From Nitrospinales bacterium (lineage in GTDB: Bacteria; Nitrospinota; Nitrospinia; Nitrospinales; VA-1), in the NCBI GenBank assembly GCA_965262115.1, contig OZ253496.1, positions 1,760,001 through 1,824,000 on the forward strand: a stretch of 64,000 nucleotides of DNA, in the 5' to 3' direction. How positions within the stretch are numbered: the stretch's first letter is position 1; every line of letters starts with the position of its first letter. The position numbers and the translations under genes are program-made. Below, piece after piece: positions 9,916-19,224 of this stretch. The notes under the pieces were generated by a model. That model did no database searches, was not told the DNA's origin, and worked only from the letters and a program-made list of their open reading frames with translations.

Positions 9916-10463
9916 ATGCAACTCACTGATGAAAATTATATGCTGTATGGATTATTATTTGTCTGCTTTCTGTTGGGCTTGTTGTTTAATGTTGCCAAGC
10001 GTCTCGGCTCCTCCAAAAATTTCCCGCCCCCCAAAGATGAGAAGGATAAGTGAATCACCGAGGATTTTTAATTTTTCCTTACCCTGTTAAATGCCATACG
10101 TAGCAAGATAATTCCAAAGAAAATAATCCTTTGCCAACGAATTCATGGTCTGCATCCGTCCTCCCCCCCCCCTTTTTTTTTACGATCCTCTTCAGGTTTT
10201 TCATACTTGAGATCCCCCCATATCACAGAAAAAAGGCCGGAAAGCTGGACAAACTTTATTGCCATTATTTATCAATCAATAGGGGTTTCAATTCGTGTGG
10301 TCTAAGCTGGCAAGAACAGGGCCTTAGTTCAAATAGTTGAGTGAAGGAAAGCTATATTCCTTTTATTATCAATCATCTTCTATTGGGAACGGTCATGAAC
10401 AGGTCAAAAAAAATTACGCTGGGGATTTTGATTTTAGCTCTCTGGTTTCTCCCGGTTTTAGCG

Positions 10464-10631
10464 GAGAACTTTGCATAACCCAAGATTCTTCGTTGCAATA
10501 GCTCCTCAGAATGACAAAATAGCCTTTTATTGTCATGCTGAGCTAGTGATATTTGACCTTTGAATTCTTGCCCCGCAGGGGTATCTCGAAGCATCTCGCT
10601 TTTCTGCTTTATAGACTTACGCAAAGGTCTC
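10464..10631 (+). mobile_element. MITE with 15-bp TIRs and 9-bp TSD
   Basis: GAGAACTTTGCATAA...TTACGCAAAGGTCTC flanked by GTTTTAGCG at 10455-10463 and 10632-10640. Confidence 0.9.
10545..10583 (+). repeat. ~40-bp micro-element inserted inside the MITE
   Basis: AGTGATATTTGACCTTTGAATTCTTGCCCCGCAGGGGTA splits the 26-nt unit GTCATGCTGAGCT|TCTCGAAGCATCT. Confidence 0.8.
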
Positions 10632-11117
10632 GTTTTAGCGGGGGCTGGTCAGAAAAGTTTGACAGATGAGATCAAGTTTTTGGATGGCATCAAAAATGTG
10701 GATTGGTACAGAGTGGATGGCCAAAACATCATCATCGGTTGGAGACGGATGCCAGACACTTTTTATGCATGGAACCACAGGGCAGATGTAAATGCCAGCA
10801 GGTCATCAATCTATAAAGTCTATGTTTGGTCGGTTCGATCCCGCCAGAAAGATTGGTCGCCGGGAGAGGGAGGCCAAGTCTGCATCACTACGGCCAAAAT
10901 GGGCCGTTTTGGAAAAAGCAACTGCAAGAGATAACAGGAGTTGCTGTTTGAAGAAGTAAATAATGATTAAGGTTTGAATCGTTCTGGTTTTTATTTTGGA
11001 ACGGGAAGCAATGGGGACTCACCTGGCAGACCTTGTTCTTTTCAAATTCCGCTAACGCATCCTGCGTTTGTTTGAGCCTGTGGATTTCTTTCAAAAAATG
11101 GGTTGAGCGACAGACTT

Positions 11118-11158
11118 CGTGATATTACCAACATTAAACTTCGTGCCCCGGAGTGGTA
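11118..11158 (+). repeat. ~40-bp micro-element copy
   Basis: CGTGATATTACCAACATTAAACTTCGTGCCCCGGAGTGGTA. Confidence 0.75.
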
Positions 11159-11357
11159 GACCCAGTAAGAGTCCAGCTACTTATTCTTTTGCAGTTATAA
11201 TTCCCCCGATTTTGTTCTAAAATCCTCCCTGTTTGACAATATTCTCCTGCTGAAATAGCATTGGTATTCCCAATACAACGAGGTGGCTAGTGGAGAAACT
11301 TCTCTTTCTATTCCTGCTTGTCCTACTGCGGCCTTTTTATTTCTGTGGATTATAAAT

Positions 11358-12251
11358 ATGGAAGTATCGAATCAAAAACCCTGGCAGGGTATCGGTGCGG
11401 ATGTTGACAAAAACGATTCCGCTGCTGAAATATTATACAAGGCAAAGCTCGATTGGGAGGTTAAAAGAGTTCCTTCTCAGCGGCCAATATCCTACGGCAA
11501 TCAGGAAACGATTAGGTTCTTCAAAGCCTTTTTTGAGGTCGCCGAGGCCGAAATAGAAACTGTAGGCGGCCTTGATAATGCAAGAATACTTTGGAGCCTT
11601 GCCTGTTTGAATGAAGATTTCACTTTGCGGGGAGGAGACAAGGTAAGGGGTTACGTCTTGCTGGCCTCGCGGGATGATGGTAGGGAAAGAATTGAAATTC
11701 AGTTTCTTACCGTGCGGGAAAGTTGTCATAATATGTTAAAGATTGTTTCCAATGCCAAATCCCACATGAAAAATATTTTCAGAAGTACGTTTAAACCTAC
11801 CTTTCCATTTAAGAACGAGAAGCGCCAAAAATTTGATGATAAGATGAAGCAAAAAGTAAATGACATCATCGTTCCAGGGCGCGAGGCGATCACTGCTTTT
11901 GCAAATGTTGCTCGGGACCTGTCAGATAAAAATTGGGATGAACCAATAGCTTGGAGGTATCTGTTTGAAGTTTTTCAGCCGGATACCCTTGAAGGTGTTT
12001 CTGTAATCGGTGAGAAAGAATTGGATGAACTTGCGGAGAAAAACACAAAGTTAGCTATTGAGGCTTTCTCTCAGGCACCGGGACAGGATCTTGAATCTGC
12101 TAAAATGACCGCTTGGGGGTTATTGAATGCGGTTATCTACATTATCGATCACCAACTCGGATCTACTAAAGACTATCGCCTGCGGCAGGCTTGGTTTGGT
12201 CCGAATGCCAAAATTAAGCAACGAGCTCTTGACCTTGCATTGGAAATATGA
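11358..12251 (+). CDS. DUF932/DUF945-like (phage/plasmid-associated) protein
   Basis: KPWQGIG, LDWEV, ETVGGLD..ILWSLA, TAWGLLNAV..DH, WFG..AKIKQRAL motifs. Confidence 0.75.
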   Translation: MEVSNQKPWQGIGADVDKNDSAAEILYKAKLDWEVKRVPSQRPISYGNQETIRFFKAFFEVAEAEIETVGGLDNARILWSLACLNEDFTLRGGDKVRGYVLLASRDDGRERIEIQFLTVRESCHNMLKIVSNAKSHMKNIFRSTFKPTFPFKNEKRQKFDDKMKQKVNDIIVPGREAITAFANVARDLSDKNWDEPIAWRYLFEVFQPDTLEGVSVIGEKELDELAEKNTKLAIEAFSQAPGQDLESAKMTAWGLLNAVIYIIDHQLGSTKDYRLRQAWFGPNAKIKQRALDLALEI

Positions 12252-12294
12252 GGTTTTTGAATCTGTTTCCAATTTTAGGTACTTTCTTCAACCA

Positions 12295-13782
12295 TTAGGT
12301 TCCGCAGAACGTCTGGTAGGGTCTGTCCGTGGTCGGCGCCGGCGCGGCGTAAGCTTTGTTCCCCGCGACCTCGTCGAAGGGATGGCTTAAAACGGCCAGC
12401 AGTTTCGAGAAGGGCATCATGTCATCCTGATTGGCGGCGGCAAGGGCTTCTTCGACCTTATGGTTCCGCGGGATATAGATCGGGTTGACCCGGTCCATCG
12501 CCTCAGCACTAGTCTCCGCTGCAATTCCATCCTGCTCCAGGCGCTTCCGCCAACGCTGCGCCCAGACGTCGAAGGCACCAGGCTCTTCGAACAAGTGTCG
12601 TACCGCGTCGCTATCACCGCGCAAGGTTTGGGCGAGACGGCGGAAGACGAGGGTGAAATCTGCATGTCCATTTTCCATCACCGATAGCAGATCGTTGATC
12701 AGTTCAAGGTCGAGAGGATCTTCCGTCGACAAACCGATCTTGGACCGCATTCCGGCCAGCCAGTAAGTCTCATAGAGAGGCTGAATACACTCAATCGTTT
12801 CGGTCAGCAATTCGATGGCCCGGTCCTTGTCGGGGTCGACAAACCGGACCAGCGTTTCCGCCAATCGGGTCAGGTTCCAGGCCAGGATCACCGGCTGGTT
12901 AGCATAGGCATAGCGGCCATGGTGGTCGATCGAGCTGAACACCGTGCCCGGCGCATAGCTGTCCATAAAAGCGCAGGGCCCGTAATCGATGGTCTCTCCG
13001 GAGATCGTCATGTTGTCGGTGTTCATCACCCCGTGGATGAAACCGATATTCATCCAGCGCGCCACCAGGGCGGCCTGGGCATCGGCGACGGCCGCGAAGA
13101 ATGCCAGATATGGGTTTTCTGCATCGGCTGTGTCGGGGTAGTGCCGCGCAATGGCATAATCGGCAAGTGCACGGACTTTGTCGACGTCACCGCGCACGGC
13201 TCCAAACTCGAAGGTCCCGACGCGGATGTGGCTAGCCGCAACCCGGGTGAGAATAGCACCGGGCAGAGGGATTTCCCGATAGACGGGATCCCCGGTGGCA
13301 ACGGCCGCCAGGGCGCGTGTCGTCGGGATGCCGAGCGCATGCATGGCTTCCCCGATCAGGTATTCGCGCAACACCGGGCCAACAGCCGCCTTGCCATCTC
13401 CGCCGCGAGAGAACGGGGTGCGGCCCGATCCTTTTAGCTGGATATCGCGGCGTCGTTGTCGGGTGTCGATCACCTCACCGAGGAGAAGCGCGCGTCCATC
13501 CCCCAGCTGGGGGTTGAACCCGCCAAACTGGTGCCCGGCATAAGCCTGGGCTAGCGGTTCCGAGCCCTCGGGGGTTAGATTGCCGGAGAAAATCGCTAAA
13601 CCTGCTTCCGAATCGAGCGCGACCGGATTAAGGCCGATCTCCTCGGCCAGTGCATGGTTGAACTGCAGCATTTTCGGGGCGACCGCAGGTTCTGCCTGGC
13701 AGAACTTGAAAAAGCCTTCAAGGCTGCGGGCGAAGCTGTTATCGAAGTTGAAGTGCAGGCGGGTAGGGTCGTGCGCGTCCAT
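12295..13782 (-). CDS. selO: Protein adenylyltransferase SelO/YdiU
   Basis: YAGHQFG, LGDGRA, KGSGRTPFSR, HGVMNTDN, DYGP, NP.YIPRNH, C-terminal TFCGT. Confidence 0.95.
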   Translation of the reverse strand: MDAHDPTRLHFNFDNSFARSLEGFFKFCQAEPAVAPKMLQFNHALAEEIGLNPVALDSEAGLAIFSGNLTPEGSEPLAQAYAGHQFGGFNPQLGDGRALLLGEVIDTRQRRRDIQLKGSGRTPFSRGGDGKAAVGPVLREYLIGEAMHALGIPTTRALAAVATGDPVYREIPLPGAILTRVAASHIRVGTFEFGAVRGDVDKVRALADYAIARHYPDTADAENPYLAFFAAVADAQAALVARWMNIGFIHGVMNTDNMTISGETIDYGPCAFMDSYAPGTVFSSIDHHGRYAYANQPVILAWNLTRLAETLVRFVDPDKDRAIELLTETIECIQPLYETYWLAGMRSKIGLSTEDPLDLELINDLLSVMENGHADFTLVFRRLAQTLRGDSDAVRHLFEEPGAFDVWAQRWRKRLEQDGIAAETSAEAMDRVNPIYIPRNHKVEEALAAANQDDMMPFSKLLAVLSHPFDEVAGNKAYAAPAPTTDRPYQTFCGT

Positions 13783-14225
13783 CGTTGTCTTTACCACCTG
13801 TATTCTCTTGCCGTAAAATTTAATACTAAATTTAAAATGACCATGACTATACCCTACAGGCGGTATATCCTTGGGATTCGGACACATTCCGCAAACAATT
13901 TTTCCAGCCTGTGTTTGATAATTTCTCCAATTCCATCCTATAAAACATCCCTGCCTCTTTAATCATCTTGCCCAGTATCACATCCTCTTAATCATCGATA
14001 ACAGGAATTGACACCCGGGATCATTCAGGGTTGAGCCGTTAGAGCATATAAAAATGAATAAACAGAAAGCGGGAGTTGAGTAGCATATTGTGGCAAGAAC
14101 TTCATAAAAAAATTCGCTGCTACCCAAAAAACAGAGAGCGTAATCATGAATTTAATGAATATATCCATTACCAATAATATGTAGTGGCTAAGATTTGATC
14201 TTCCCCTGTTTTAGTGGACAGTTAG

Positions 14226-15089
14226 TTAAGAGGCATAGGCCTGTTTCTCGAATTCGGCAGGGCTGAGATAGCCGAGATATGAGTGACGGCGTTGCCGATT
14301 ATAAAACACTTCGATATATTCAAAAATATCCTTCTTTGCTTGCTGACGGGTTTTGTAGTTCCGGTTATGAATGAGTTCCACTTTGAGAGTATGGAAAAAA
14401 CTCTCCGCCACGGCGTTATCCCAGCAATCGCCCTTCCGGCTCATACTGCACTCTATCCCATGAACATTGAGCAAGGCTTGAAAATCGTTGCAGGCATATT
14501 GAACCCCCCGGTCAGAATGGTGAATCAATCCCGGTTTCATGCCGCCGTTCTTCATTGCCATATTTAAAGCTCTCATTACCAACCAACGGGTTATCCAACG
14601 ATCCATGGCCCAACCAATAACTTTACGGTGGAATAAATCCAGCGTCACCGCAAGGTATAACCAGCCCTCTTGAGTCGGGATATAGGTGATATCCGAAACC
14701 CAGCATTGACCGGGCTCAGCAACATTAAACCGCCGTTGCAGTTTGTTTTTTGCCACCGGGTGATTATGTTTGGAATCGGTTGTCACCCTGAACTTTCTTT
14801 TGTGCTTGGCAACGATTCCATGCTCGCGCATAAGACGGGCAATACGATGCCTGCCAATGGCATATCCCTTGTCTTTCAAGTCCTCATGAATTCTGGGACT
14901 GCCATAAGTCTGGCGACTCTTCTTATAAACGGTTTTGATCTCATCAACCCATCGCTGCTTCTCACGGCTCCTCAGGCTCTCGGGGCGGCTCAGCCAGGCA
15001 TAGAACCCACTTCGTCCCACTTCCAGAACCCGGCACATCGGGCTTACCGGAAATGCTTCTCGATGATCCCGTATAAACCGATATCTCAT
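14226..15089 (-). CDS. IS3 OrfB DDE transposase
   Basis: MRYRFI.., [31 protein letters not shown]. Confidence 0.93.
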   Translation of the reverse strand: MRYRFIRDHREAFPVSPMCRVLEVGRSGFYAWLSRPESLRSREKQRWVDEIKTVYKKSRQTYGSPRIHEDLKDKGYAIGRHRIARLMREHGIVAKHKRKFRVTTDSKHNHPVAKNKLQRRFNVAEPGQCWVSDITYIPTQEGWLYLAVTLDLFHRKVIGWAMDRWITRWLVMRALNMAMKNGGMKPGLIHHSDRGVQYACNDFQALLNVHGIECSMSRKGDCWDNAVAESFFHTLKVELIHNRNYKTRQQAKKDIFEYIEVFYNRQRRHSYLGYLSPAEFEKQAYAS

Positions 15090-15125
15090 TGGGAACCCTT
15101 CGAGTACCCCTTGTATGTTGTTCAT

Positions 15126-15342
15126 AAGGGGAATTTGTAGTAGTTGTACCTGTGAGCCCTGTGGGAAGCCGGTTTTGTGTTTTCCACAAGGCTCACAGGG
15201 TTTGATTCAGGGCACAATAGATCGTTTACCCCTTGGGCTTTTAAGCCCGTCCCGAAGCGCAGATCGTTGTGTCCTATTTTGATTAACCCGAACAGTTGCC
15301 TGGGCCACTGAGCCCGCATCGGCAAGGCTGGGAGACCAAATT
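15126..15342 (+). ncRNA. Predicted bridge RNA (5' hairpin, target-binding loop, donor-binding loop)
   Basis: 5' stem 15149-15199; target loop closed by GGGCACAAT/GTTGTGTCC with LTG TTACCCCT (15226-15233) and RTG CCCGAAG (15251-15257); LDG ACAGTTGC (15292-15299), RDG GCAAG (15322-15326); transcript ends approximate. Confidence 0.85.
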
Positions 15343-16293
15343 ATGAATCAGAAACCCCATTTTATTGGCATCGATATTTCTAAACTCCATCTGGATGTTG
15401 CTGACAGCATGACTCAAGAAACCTGGCAAACCGCTAACAATGAAGAAGGGATTGCTGGTTTGGTCGAGAGTTTATCCGCCTTAAATCCTCCATTGATCGT
15501 TTTGGAAGCCACAGGCGGCTTAGAGATCCCGTTGGCTTCGGCCCTGGTTGCGGGTCGACTGCCAGTAGCCGTGGTCAACCCACGGCAAGTTCGTGATTTT
15601 GCCAAAGCCACCGGGAAACTGGCAAAAACCGATGTCATTGATTCTCTTGTGCTGGCCCATTTTGCCAGGGCCGTACGTCCTGAGGTCAGGAAAATCAAAG
15701 ACGAAGAATCTCTGGAACTCTCAGCTCTAGTGACACGCCGTCGCCAGTTGATCGAGATGCTGACCAAAGAAAAAACCCGTCTAAAACAAGCTCCAAAATG
15801 GATATGTAAAGACATTAAGGAGCATATCGAATCTCTTAAAAAACGCTTGCGAAAAATCGATGGCGACCTTTCCAGAACCATCAAAAACAGTTCTGCCTGG
15901 CGTGAGCACGACCAGATCATACAAAGTGTTCCCGGTGCCGGTCCCGTTCTGGCTGTCAACCTCTTGGCCGGGGTTCCGGAACTTGGAGTTCTTAATCAGA
16001 AGCAAATCGCCGCCCTCATCGGTCTCGCTCCCCTCAATCGGGACAGCGGAAAGTTCCGGGGCCGCCGGTGTATCTGGGGCGGCCGCGCCAATGTGCGTGC
16101 CGCTTTATACATGGCCGCCGTCACTGCCATGCAGCATAATCCCGTGATTCGTACCTTTTACACACGCCTCATCGAAAAGGGCAAACCCTTTAAAGTTGCC
16201 ATTACCGCATGCATGAGAAAGTTATTAACGATCATCAATACCATGATCAAAACAAAAACACTCTGGAATGAAAATCTCATTGCCAGCACTTGA
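15343..16293 (+). CDS. IS110 DEDD recombinase/transposase
   Basis: GIDISK, VLEATG, KTDVID (DEDD); VPGAG, GLAP..RDSGK (catalytic Ser region), GG..VRAALY. Confidence 0.96.
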   Translation: MNQKPHFIGIDISKLHLDVADSMTQETWQTANNEEGIAGLVESLSALNPPLIVLEATGGLEIPLASALVAGRLPVAVVNPRQVRDFAKATGKLAKTDVIDSLVLAHFARAVRPEVRKIKDEESLELSALVTRRRQLIEMLTKEKTRLKQAPKWICKDIKEHIESLKKRLRKIDGDLSRTIKNSSAWREHDQIIQSVPGAGPVLAVNLLAGVPELGVLNQKQIAALIGLAPLNRDSGKFRGRRCIWGGRANVRAALYMAAVTAMQHNPVIRTFYTRLIEKGKPFKVAITACMRKLLTIINTMIKTKTLWNENLIAST

Positions 16294-16344
16294 CATTTAA
16301 CACAGTTGCTTCGGGGCATGAAAGCCAATGAAGAGGACATCACA

Positions 16345-16619
16345 AAGATAACTGTCGCCTTTTTTAATATGTCCCGCTCCATACGAAGGCGAGCGTTTTC
16401 TCGCCGCAACTGCTGCAACTCATCTCCCGGCTTAAGCTGTCCTTTGCCGGGAAACGCATTCCCCTGATCCTCCTCATACTCCTGTTTCCAGCGACCCAGA
16501 AGGGCAGAACGGATTCCCAGATCCCGGGACACCCGGGCAATGCTATCGCCTACTTCAATAACCAATCGAACCGCTTCTAACTTGAATTCTTTACTGAAAC
16601 TCCTGCGTTTGGTTCCCAT
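16345..16619 (-). pseudogene. IS3 OrfA (HTH), 3' end split by the insertion
   Basis: FSKEFKLEAV..LRRENARLRMERDILKKA; A6G frameshift motif at 16359-16365. Confidence 0.9.
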
Positions 16620-16684
16620 AAAAACACCTCCAAAAGTGTATTATCCACACTTTTCGATGTGTCCACCAATTCAGGGGAAGATCA

Positions 16685-16773
16685 GTTGGATTATGGATCG
16701 TCAAAGACAATCCACACCACCCCCCTCATGAGAGGGGAGGATCAATGAGAATCTCGACTTATGCAAAGGTCTC
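16685..16773. mobile_element. Half MITE (single TIR) abutting IS3
   Basis: TTATGCAAAGGTCTC at 16759-16773 matches the MITE TIR; other end absent. Confidence 0.6.
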
Positions 16774-16799
16774 CTCGGCAATAGGGAGCTCCATTGACA

Positions 16800-17216
16800 G
16801 GTCTATGGTGTCCTGAATGGTTTCCAGGGTCTCTTCGGGAAACCCCGGAATAGAAAAAGCGGCGATGTCGAAGCCATGCTTTTTATCAATTTCACATCCC
16901 GGTGAATCTTGTGGACCCTGGTTCCCTTCTTCCATTTTTTTAAAATCTCACCACCCGTGTTCCCCGATTCCACTGCGATGCTCCCCGGATAAAGCCCTGC
17001 CTCTTTTAACAACTCCAGCAATTCGTCGTCAAGATAATCCGTTCGGATGCCATTGGACATTGCCAAGCCAATATCCAGATTGAGACTGATAATCCCCCTG
17101 ACAATAGTTTTTGCGTGGGATATAGAAATGGTAAATCACCCCAGCCCTCTTTGAGAATGACTTCGTGGCGGGCTCGAATCCCCTCCGCCAAGTACGTAAG
17201 CCCCAGGGAGGGCATG
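16800..17216 (-). pseudogene. B12-binding radical SAM remnant
   Basis: Fragments PSLGLTYLA, NGIRTDYLDDELLELLKEAG..AVESGN and PGFPEETLETIQDTI in different frames. Confidence 0.7.
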
Positions 17217-17387
17217 ATCGCTTAAAATATTTAAAAGATCAACCGGGACGCTTTTATTGACTCAGTTAAGCTTTCTTTACTTTATGGAACGCATGGTATA
17301 AAACCGTTCAGTGACAGGGGTTTTCAAGGATTTTCCAGTCCCTGATCAGAGTTTTCGTCGTATGGGTTTTCTCCTCTGAAATTTAAT

Positions 17388-17663
17388 ATGCTGCAAAACC
17401 TAAAAAATCTTTTCAAGCTTTGCCAAATTTTAAAAACACGGGGGAACTGGCCCCTTATTCGAAAATCAAAAAAACAGTTGTGGAATTTTTTTATTTGTAG
17501 AAATGGCTTGATACGAAAACCATTTTTTTCTGCCATGATTTACTGGTTTCAAATGCTTAAGGGACTGGACATTCTGGTTTGGCGGCTCGAAACCTTCGGG
17601 TTTTTATTCAGCCAAGGATTGAACGATGATGACAGGAAACATTTGAATCAATGCTTAAAATGA
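17388..17663 (+). CDS. Hypothetical protein
   Basis: 91-aa ORF filling the gap before the ArnT gene. Confidence 0.45.
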   Translation: MLQNLKNLFKLCQILKTRGNWPLIRKSKKQLWNFFICRNGLIRKPFFSAMIYWFQMLKGLDILVWRLETFGFLFSQGLNDDDRKHLNQCLK

Positions 17664-17741
17664 CCACATCCAAGCCTCACATCTTTTTGGTTTTCAGCAC
17701 CGGCTTTTACTTCCACCCTTCAATCACCCAGACCCTCTAAT

Positions 17742-19220
17742 TTGAATTCCGCACTGAACAACAAGAAACTTCAGATATCATTCCTGATTTTTGCTTCACT
17801 TTTAATATTTCTGGGTCGGCAATTGGATACCGGCATCACGAATTATGACGATGCCTATTATGCCCAGAAGGCAAAAGAAATCCTGGAATCCGGATCCCTC
17901 TGGCTCATCACCTTTGCTGGAACGCCTGCTTTTGACAACCCTCCCCTTCCCTTCTGGTTAACCGCTATAGCCTTTAGTATTTTTGGGATTTCCAGTTACT
18001 CAGCGGTTTTTTCTTCCGCCCTGTTCGCAACCGGAATCGTTCTCATGACTTACCGGTTGAGCCTGTTACTCTATAAAGATTGCTGGATCGCTTTCGCCTC
18101 AGCCTTTGTTTTGCTTTTTCCCGGAATGTTTGTTGACTCATCTCGTCGGGGCATGGTCGATATTCCCCTGGCATTTTTTGTCACTCTGGCATTTTATGCT
18201 TTCTTTAAAGCCCATGATTTTAAACCCTGGTATCTGGTTTTTGGTTTCTCAACCGCTGGTGCCATATTGTCTAAAAGTGTTCTTGGGCTTTTCCCTCTCA
18301 CCATCGCTGGCGCTTTTTTAATTTTCAGCCGACAATGGAGGGAGCTCATCAACCCCTGGTTTTTGTCGGGATGCCTGATCGCCCTTCTTTTAGGATTTAG
18401 CTGGCATCTTGTTAACTGGCAACACTACGGACAAGGGTTCATAGACGCTCATTTTGGTTCGCTGATTTTAAACCGGAGTTTTGGTGGAACCAAAGAACCT
18501 TTTTATTTTCTGGGATACGCAAAAGACTTTTTAAAGAATTACTGGCCCTGGCTGCCTTTTGCGCTGGTGGGCCTGATCCAATTTGGCAAACGCGGGTTTA
18601 TAGAAAAGGATATGACCTCCTTATTACTTTTCCTGTGGCCCGCGCTCACCTTTTTGGTGATGAGCACGAGCAAAAACCAAACGCTCCGTTATTTATTCAT
18701 GATGTTCCCGGCCCTCGCTATTATTACTGCGAAAACCATTTCTGAATGGCTGGGGCCTGATAAAAAAAATACAGCATTGATCACCATGACCGGTGTTATT
18801 GCAGCAACCATCCTGTTCGTGAATGCCACGCCCTTTCAGGTTAAAGTTACTCTGGCACAAAGCAGTAAAGAAGTGCGGGAACTGGCCGCTGTTATAAATC
18901 TCAACACCCCGGAAAATCAGACAATAGGCAATTACCGTCTCACCTCGTCGAACCCTAAATTGGCGGTGCGGTTTTATTCCAACCGTGTCATGGAATCAAA
19001 TGTTACTCGCGATCCCGATAAATTAGCGACGACCCTGTCTTCCAGTCCAACAAAAACATGGTTGTCCTCCATTTGGGAATTCAGAAAATTGACAGCCCAG
19101 TATCCAAATAAGTTTTATTTAGTACAAGCCAATAACAAGTATGCTTTTTTCACTTCAATGAATAATCGAGAAAACATCAGATATGATTTCTCAGCAATGC
19201 GCCTACCCATCGTCAAATAA
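17742..19220 (+). CDS. ArnT/GT39-like membrane glycosyltransferase
   Basis: DDAYYA, FDNPPL.FW, multiple TM helices, RY motif. Confidence 0.88.
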   Translation: MNSALNNKKLQISFLIFASLLIFLGRQLDTGITNYDDAYYAQKAKEILESGSLWLITFAGTPAFDNPPLPFWLTAIAFSIFGISSYSAVFSSALFATGIVLMTYRLSLLLYKDCWIAFASAFVLLFPGMFVDSSRRGMVDIPLAFFVTLAFYAFFKAHDFKPWYLVFGFSTAGAILSKSVLGLFPLTIAGAFLIFSRQWRELINPWFLSGCLIALLLGFSWHLVNWQHYGQGFIDAHFGSLILNRSFGGTKEPFYFLGYAKDFLKNYWPWLPFALVGLIQFGKRGFIEKDMTSLLLFLWPALTFLVMSTSKNQTLRYLFMMFPALAIITAKTISEWLGPDKKNTALITMTGVIAATILFVNATPFQVKVTLAQSSKEVRELAAVINLNTPENQTIGNYRLTSSNPKLAVRFYSNRVMESNVTRDPDKLATTLSSSPTKTWLSSIWEFRKLTAQYPNKFYLVQANNKYAFFTSMNNRENIRYDFSAMRLPIVK

Positions 19221-19224
19221 CCAT

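Larger units (their letters stand above)
10395..10934 (+). pseudogene. Secreted hypothetical protein interrupted by a MITE
   Basis: MNRSKKITLGILILALWFLPVLA joins in frame to GAGQKSLTDEIK... once the MITE and one TSD are removed (about 120 aa). Confidence 0.85.
15110..16310 (+). mobile_element. IS110-family (IS621-like) element, copy 1, bounded by CT cores
   Basis: Left junction TACCC|CT|TGTATG, right junction ACAGTTG|CT|TCGGGG; long non-coding left end, very short right end, no TIRs. Confidence 0.92.
14196..16684 (-). mobile_element. IS3-family element interrupted by a 1240-bp insertion (micro-element plus IS110)
   Basis: 25-bp imperfect TIRs TGATCTTCCCCTG..GTGGACA at 14196 and 16660-16684; 1249 bp after removing 15105-16344; no TSD visible. 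Confidence 0.92.

Noticed and set aside
15090..15125. OrfB N-terminal extension [12 protein letters not shown] and OrfA tail VMSSSLAF...
   Set aside because: Read-through artefacts across the insertion junctions.
14191..16689. IS3 target-site duplication
   Set aside because: Flanks AGATT and GTTGG do not match, and the copy 2 flank GCAAC does not match directly either.
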